NCBI RefSeq assembly: GCF_004010195.1
Contig: NC_057755.1
Coordinates: forward strand, 7,566,769 to 7,623,830
Direction of reading: 5' to 3'
DNA: 57,062 bases
DNA from: Chiloscyllium plagiosum
Lineage: Eukaryota
This document shows, in pieces, positions 51,065 to 57,062 of the stretch. The stretch's first letter is position 1; each line of letters starts with the position of its first letter. The position numbers and the translations under genes were made by a program. The notes under the pieces were generated by a model that saw nothing but the letters and a program-made list of their open reading frames with translations, did not search any database and was not told where the DNA came from.

Positions 51065-51634
51065 GGGGCGGCACGGTGGCTCAGTGGTTAGCACTGCTGC
51101 CTCACAGCGCCAGGGACAAGGGTTCGATTCCAGCCTTGGGTGACTGCCTGTGTGGAGTTTGCACGTTCTCCCTGTGTTTGCGTGGGTTTCTTCCGGGTGC
51201 TCCGGTTTCCTCCCACAATCCAAAGATGTGCAGATCAGGTGAATTGGCCATGCTAAATTGTCCATAGTGTTAGGTGGATTAGTCATGGGTAAATGTCGGG
51301 GAATGGGTGGGTTGCTGTTCGGAGGGTAAGTGTGGACTTGTTGGACCGAAGGGCCTGTTTCCACACAGTAGCCAGGGACAAGGGTTCGATTCCAGCCTTG
51401 GGTGACTGCCTGTGTGGAGTTTGCACGTTCTCCCTGTGTTTGCGTGGGTTTCTTCCGGGTGCTCCGGTTTCCTCCCACAATCCAAAGATGTGCAGATCAG
51501 GTGAATTGGCCATGCTAAATTGTCCATAGTGTTAGGTGGATTAGTCATGGGTAAATGTCGGGGAATGGGTGGGTTGCTGTTCGGAGGGTAAGTGTGGACT
51601 TGTTGGACCGAAGGGCCTGTTTCCACACAGTAGC
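51065..51634 (+). mobile_element. HE1 SINE with a 262-bp internal tandem duplication
   Basis: Full tRNA head at 51065; 51109-51370 is repeated at 51371-51632. Confidence 0.9.
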
Positions 51635-51654
51635 GAATCTATTCTACTCTAACC

Positions 51655-52530
51655 TTTGGGTATGGGAGTTGGAGTGTCATGTTGAGACTGTACAGGACTT
51701 CGGTGAGGCTTGTTCTGCAATACTGTGTACAGGTCTGATTGTCCTACTGTGGGAAGGATGTTATTAAATCGGAGAAGGTTCCAGGGGTGGCACGATGGCT
51801 CAGTGGTTAGCACTGCTGCCTCACAGCACCAGAGTCCCAGGTTCGATTCCTGCCTCAGGTGACTGCCTGTGTGGAGTTTACACATTCTCCCCGCGTCTGC
51901 GTGGGTTTCCTCCGGGTGCTCTGGTTTCCTCCCACAGTCCAAAGAGGTCAGGTGACTTGGCCATGCCAAATTGCCCATAGTGATAGGTACGTTAGTCGGG
52001 GTAAATATAGGCTGGGGGTGTGGGTCTGGGTGGGTTACTCTTTGGAGGGTCGGTATGGACTAGTTGGGCCAAAGGGCCTGTTTCCATACTGTAGGGAATC
52101 TAATCAAAAAGATTTACCAGGATATTGTCAGGAATGGAAGGTTTGAGTTATCAAGACATTTTTTTTCACTGGCATGTTGGGGTTTGAGGGGTTTATAAAT
52201 CGTGAAGGGCATTGGTAAAGTGAATGTTAAGAGTCTTTGGGGGAGTTCAAAACTAGGGAGCATAGTTTTAAGGTGAGAGGAGAAAGATTTAAAAAGGAAA
52301 TGAGGGGCAACTTTTTTTTCCGCAGGGAGTGGTTCATATGTAGAATGAACTGCCAGAGGAATTGGTGGATCCAGGTACAGTTGCAACATTTAAAATGCTT
52401 TTGAATACGTGCATGAACAGGAAGGGTTTGGTGGAGTATCACTCAGAGGCAGGCAAGTGGGGTTAGATTAGCTTCGGAATGTGGTCAGACTGGTTGGACC
52501 AGAGGGTTTATTCCATGTTGTATGACTCAA
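51655..52530 (+). mobile_element. CR1 3' fragment interrupted by a full HE1 SINE (about 51785-52106)
   Basis: CR1 sequence gagaaggttcca resumes as aaaagatttaccagg after the SINE; tail gttgtatgactc. Confidence 0.8.
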
Positions 52531-52831
52531 TAAGAACATTATATTTTCCCTCAAAGCGGTGTTTATTTTCATTTGGAATTATCTCTCTAGTGAGCAATGG
52601 AGGCTACAGATCACCATATTCAAGGCTGAGTTGAGTAGATTGAAAGCTCGGGGGCCGAATGGCCAACTCTTGCTCCCAAGCTGCTGTGTTTCTGTGATTG
52701 ACTGGGGAAGTTAAAGTTTATCAGACCAGGGAGGAAAGTGAAGCTGAGACCCAAACAGACCAGCCATGATCTTATTGAGTAACAGAATAACTGTGAAAAG
52801 CTGATTGGCCAATTCCTGCTGTTAATTCTCA

Positions 52832-52870
<39 letters not shown>

Positions 52871-53121
52871 GTAGTGATCAGTCCAATTCAGCGCAAGGCC
52901 ACAGTATGGACCTAAGCTGTGCCTATCTGTGTGTGTGTGTGTGTGTTAGTGTTAGTAGTGATCAGTCCAATTCAGCGCAAGGCCACAGTATGGACCTAAG
53001 CTGTGCCTACCCCGGGTGGCACGACTATCGGGGAGGATGGGACACTGATTTGAAATGGCTCCGAGTGCTTCCACAGACCCTCAGAGCTCCACTGACTGTT
53101 CCACTGGTCTCTGCTCCCCAG

Positions 53122-53214
53122 GTTGGAAACTTGTTTGGCAGGCGACGGTCCACAGTGATCACTCTGTACAACGGAGCGTTTGACTCCTCATCAGTCGTGT
53201 TCCTGGTGGTTAAG
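53122..53214 (+). CDS. slc43a3: SLC43A3-like coding exon 5
   Basis: Acceptor ccccag ending 53121; [31 protein letters not shown] (SLC43 signature); donor GTAAGG at 53215. Confidence 0.95.
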
Positions 53215-54169
53215 GTAAGGGCGATGGCACACAAGACCGCTCACAAGATAAAAGTCGAGGGGCAACTAACAAAATCGTCACCTGGCCAGAGGCATTCAGG
53301 GCAGGAACAGAGTTGGGGGTGGGTGGGAGGAGGGGGGAGGGGGTGTGTGGGGTGGGGTGCAAGGTGAAGATCAAACAAGGGCCCAAAGAGTCCGGACTTG
53401 GGAGGGAGGGGAGACGGAGAGGGTTCTCTGGCTGAGACACGCCAGTAATGGCGAGCGGCTCAGGAAAGGGCGAGAGTGGGATGGAGAGGGGTGTTGGAGG
53501 GAGGAGCTGGTTGGAGAGGGGCATTGGACAGGAGGGATGACCGAGTTGGGGAGATAGTAACAAGGGAAAATTGAGAGGGCAGTGTCTGGGTGATTGGAAG
53601 GGGGAGGGAAGAGGAAAGTGAGACAGGGATTGAAGAGGGGTTGAGAGACGCCGATGATGCAGAAAGGGGAGTTGGAAAGGGAGGGAATGGGTGGTGAGGG
53701 AAATGGAGAGAGGACCCATGAAGGGTGTAGATAGAGAGGTGTGGGTGGCCTCTATGCTGGAATGAGGCAAGTCTAGAACCGAAGAAATGAGATTAAAGAA
53801 GAGGAAGGACAAACCTCAGCAGGGTAGGGACCAAGAGGGATCCAGGGATTGAGTGAGATGGAGAGGGGGGAGAGACAGTGTGAGATAGATGGGGGGACTT
53901 CTGAGTGAGATAGAAAATGCATGAACTGAAAGAGTGCAAGAGACAGAGGAGTCTGGTGGAGAGAGGGAGGAATATTCGATTAGAGGGGAATGGGGACAAT
54001 GAGAGTGATAAACAGAGAAGGTGCTGCATGAGCTGTGTTGGGGCGAGGGAAGTGACTGGGCATGTGCAGAGAGGCCACGCTCTGAACGTGGATTAGAAAG
54101 CGTGCGAACACAAGAGCAATGTTAACGTGGACCTCTTGTTTGATTCCATCATGGTCTGTCTCCCTGCAG

Positions 54170-54309
54170 GTTATATATGAGGCTGGGATATCTTTAAGGA
54201 ACGTATTCCTGTTCATTAGCTGTCTTAGCTCGATCCACATTGCGCGGACCTACGTGCTACTCCCACGGTCACACATTCCCTACCCTCTGCCAGACGGCTA
54301 CACTTATGG
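54170..54309 (+). CDS. slc43a3: SLC43A3-like coding exon 6 (gene continues beyond the window)
   Basis: Acceptor ctgcag ending 54169; VIYEAGISLRNVFLFISCLSSIHIARTYVLLPRSHIPYPLPDGYTYG; donor GTAAGG at 54310. Confidence 0.94.
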
Positions 54310-54392
54310 GTAAGGAGAAATGAATAACAGACTGGAATACAGTTGACGGCTTTGGGTGATTTACAGCCGAACACCAAAAACCCAAGAGTGAG

Positions 54393-54523
54393 TTACAGAA
54401 TGGAATCTGGTCGAGGGGTTCAGGGAGGTTTATATATCGAACAACAGATACCCTGGAGAAATTTACAGACTGGAATCTGGTCGATGGGTTCAGGGATGTT
54501 TATATATTGAACAACAGATATCC
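54393..54523. repeat. About 70-bp tandem repeat, two copies
   Basis: ttacaga.tggaatctggtcga.gggttcaggga.gtttatatat.gaacaacagata occurs twice. Confidence 0.85.
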
Positions 54524-54552
54524 AAGCCACTTGAATCTCTAGTTCTGGAGAT

Positions 54553-54710
54553 TTAGAACATAGAACATAGAAGAATACAGCGCAGTACAGGCCCTTTGGC
54601 CCTCGATGTTGCGCCGATCCAAGCCCACCTAACCTATACTAACCCACTATCCTCCATATACCTATCCAATGCCCGCTTAAATGCCCATAAAGAGGGAGAG
54701 TCCACCACTG
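54553..54710 (-). mobile_element. CR1 3' UTR tail
   Basis: tagaacatagaacatagaa...caggccctttggccctcgatgttgcgccga. Confidence 0.8.
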
Positions 54711-55269
54711 AAACCAGAAACAATGTAAATATTTAGCTTCTCTGCCATGTCTCTATTTACCATCATATATCCTCCTGTCTCCATAATGGAATATCATTCA
54801 CTTCAGCCAAACCTGGGTAGATACCCATAGAAGCTTTTACAAGATGTTTTTGTTTTTTTTTGCCAAATTATTCAATTCATTCTTCCTTGTCAACTCTTTG
54901 GTTCTTCGTTGGCAAATTTACTGCTATAACTGGCAACTTTCCAAGCCTTTTAATTTTTTTAAAAAGTTTTTTCACCTCAAAGTAAACCATGTAATAGCTC
55001 TATAAACACTGTCCAATGCTAATGTCAGCAATTCCTTTTAAAGTATTTTCCCAAATTACTCACTGATTTTCCCCCCCAAAATCCACATTATGGCTTATTC
55101 TAATCACCTTTCACCCCAATGTTTGGCAACAATGAATCCACCTCCACCTTAAAATTCTTCAAGGACTATGCTTCCACCACCTATTCAGGAAGAAGAGAAA
55201 GTTATCTCATCATTTCTTATGTAACAGGTTTGATGTGGAGGTGCCGGTGTTGGACGAGGTTGGGATTGG

Positions 55270-55497
55270 GTGTTAAAAATCACAACACCAGGTTATAGTC
55301 CAACAGGCTTATTTGGAAGCACTAGCTTTTGAGGTGCTGCCTCTACATCAGGTGGTTGTGGTACAAGACCATAAGACACAGAATTTATAGCAAAAGGGTT
55401 ACAGTGTATTGGAGCTGTAATGATATTTAGATTAGGGCTTTCATCTTTAAGAATGGGATATGCTAGTTTCAGTTCTTTAATATGTAAACCCCAGAAC
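55270..55497 (-). mobile_element. Neptune family 2 pLTR tail with decayed hammerhead
   Basis: Homologous to 5553-5790; reverse complement of 55320-55354 reads cac-c-tgatgt-agaggcagcacctc-aaaagcta-gtg. Confidence 0.75.
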
Positions 55498-55499
55498 TT

Positions 55500-57062
55500 C
55501 GGAGCAGCGAGAGGCGGGAGCTGGGAGGAGTTGACGTTGGTGCAAGGTGATTATTGCGAAGGCCGGTAAGTATATTTGAGCTTTTTGCCTTCAGGCCAGC
55601 GAGGGAGGAGCGAGCAAAGGACTTCTGGGAAGGGTAAGTAGAACAGTTTATGTTTGCGTGGTTGCGTTACCCGAGACACTACTCGGGTAGTGTCTCCCAC
55701 CCATCCTCCTCCTCTAACCTAAAAAAACGTTGTGGGAGCCAGATTGACAAGGTAAGGTAACTAGTTTATTTCCTAATCCTTTTTTTTTTTAGTCGTCAAT
55801 TTGGGAGTTAGAATAGTGGGAATGGAGTTTAGGGCAGTGGAATGTTCCTCCTGCAGAATGTGGGAAGTAAGGGTCACCAGTAGTGTCCCACGTCTGTGGG
55901 AAGTGCACCCAACACCAGCTCCTCAAACCGCGTTAGGAAACTGGAGCTGGGGTTGGATGAACTTCAGATCATTCGGGAGGCAGAGAGGGCTATTGACAGG
56001 ACTTACAGAGAGGTAGTGACTCCCCAGGTATAAGAAAAAGACAGATGGGTGACAGTTAGGGGACAGAAAGGAAACCGGCAGGCAGTGCAGGGATCCCTTT
56101 TGGCCATTCCCCTCAGCGATAAGTATACTGTATTGGATACTGTTGGGGGGTGGGGATGGGGAATGACTTACCAGGGGAAAGCAGTGGGGCACCTGCTGCT
56201 CAGTAGGGAAGGGGGAAGAGGAGCAGAGCAGCAGTCATTGGGGACTCGATAGTTAGGGGGAGAGGTAGGAGGTTCTGTGGGGAGACGAGAGAGACTCACG
56301 GTTGGTGTGTTGCCTCCCTGTGCCAGGGTCCGTGATGTCTCTGATCGTGTTTTTGGAATCCTTCGGGGGGAGGGAGAGCAGTCCGAAGTTGTGGTCCACA
56401 TTGGCACCAACGACAATGGTCGGAAGAGAGGCAGAAATTCAGGGAGCTAGGATGGAAGCTTAGAGCTAGGACAAATAGAGTTGTTTTCTCTGGTTTGCTG
56501 CCCGTGCCACGTGCTCGTGAGGTGAGGAATAGGGAGAGAAAGGAGTTGAACACGTGGCTACAGGGATGGTGCAGGAGGGAGGGTTTCAGGTTTTTGGATA
56601 ATTGGAGCTTTTTCTGGGGTAGGTGGGACCTCTACAAGCAGGATGGTCTTCATCTAAACCAGAGGGGTACCAATATCCTGGGTGGGAAATTCGCTAAAGC
56701 TGTTAAGGTGGATTTAAACTAATACAGCAGGGGATTGGGAACCAAAATTTTAGGACAGGTACAGAAGGGGATGGGAATAGAGAGTCCCAAAATCAAGTAT
56801 CTGACATTGGCAAGCGAGAACTTGGATTGAAGTGTGTGTACTTCAACGCGAAAAGCATCCGAAATAAAGTGGGTGAACTGGCAGCGTGTGTTAGTACCTG
56901 GGACTTCGATGTTGTGGCCATTATAGAGACATGGATAGAGCAGGAACAGGAATGGCTGTTGCAGGTTCCGGGATTCAGATGTTTCTGTTACAACAGAAAC
57001 GATGATAAAAGAGGGGGAGGTGTGGAGTTGCTGATCAGGGACAATATTACAGTTGGAGAAAG
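55500..57062 (+). mobile_element. CR1 LINE 5' end: 5' UTR, ORF1 (CxxC motif and SGNH esterase), start of ORF2 APE
   Basis: ATG 55822 MEFRAVECSSCRMWEV; VIGDSIV; VVVHIGTND; DGLHLN; near 56825 LKCVYFNAKSIRNK...DVVAIIETW. Confidence 0.9.

Noticed and set aside
51065..51135. tRNA-like sequences (also near 22720-22790, 46549-46635, 47290, 51785)
   Set aside because: These are SINE heads continuous with the V-domain and LINE-like tails, not tRNA genes
49935..53009. CRISPR-like appearance of the 33-bp array and the 84-bp duplication
   Set aside because: No constant repeat with unique spacers, no cas genes, and a vertebrate intronic context
53210..54060. 200-aa Pro/Leu/Ser-rich ORF (-) and purine-rich tract; similar ORFs at 38321-38932
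   Set aside because: Low-complexity intronic sequence
28247..54309. Alternative assignment to SLC43A1 or SLC43A2 (LAT3/LAT4)
   Set aside because: Motifs [28 protein letters not shown] and HIPYPLP match SLC43A3 as I recall it; a phylogeny would confirm

Overview
Repeat-dense eukaryotic genomic DNA, almost certainly from a cartilaginous fish (shark), judging by its HE1-type V-SINEs and CR1 families. It contains three N gaps (21408-21907, 34404-35258, 39363-39934). The only host gene I can support is the 5' part of an SLC43A3-like MFS transporter on the + strand: six coding exons at 28247-54309, all with canonical GT-AG sites and consistent phases, continuing beyond the window. The rest is mostly nested, decayed retroelements: many CR1 LINEs, an L1/Tx1 LINE, a Gypsy remnant with Gmr1-type domain order (INT-RT-RH), tRNA-derived SINEs, and at least three Penelope-like element (PLE) families (two Neptune-type, one Poseidon-type). 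The most notable signals are (i) minimal hammerhead-ribozyme motifs in the pseudo-LTRs of the PLE families, (ii) short hammerhead-bounded PLE-tail inserts and a fold-back mini-element with clean target-site duplications (TSDs), and (iii) an intron-like, structured 5' UTR shared by two CR1 copies. Repeat boundaries were read by eye and are approximate, and family names come from motif recognition, not database searches.
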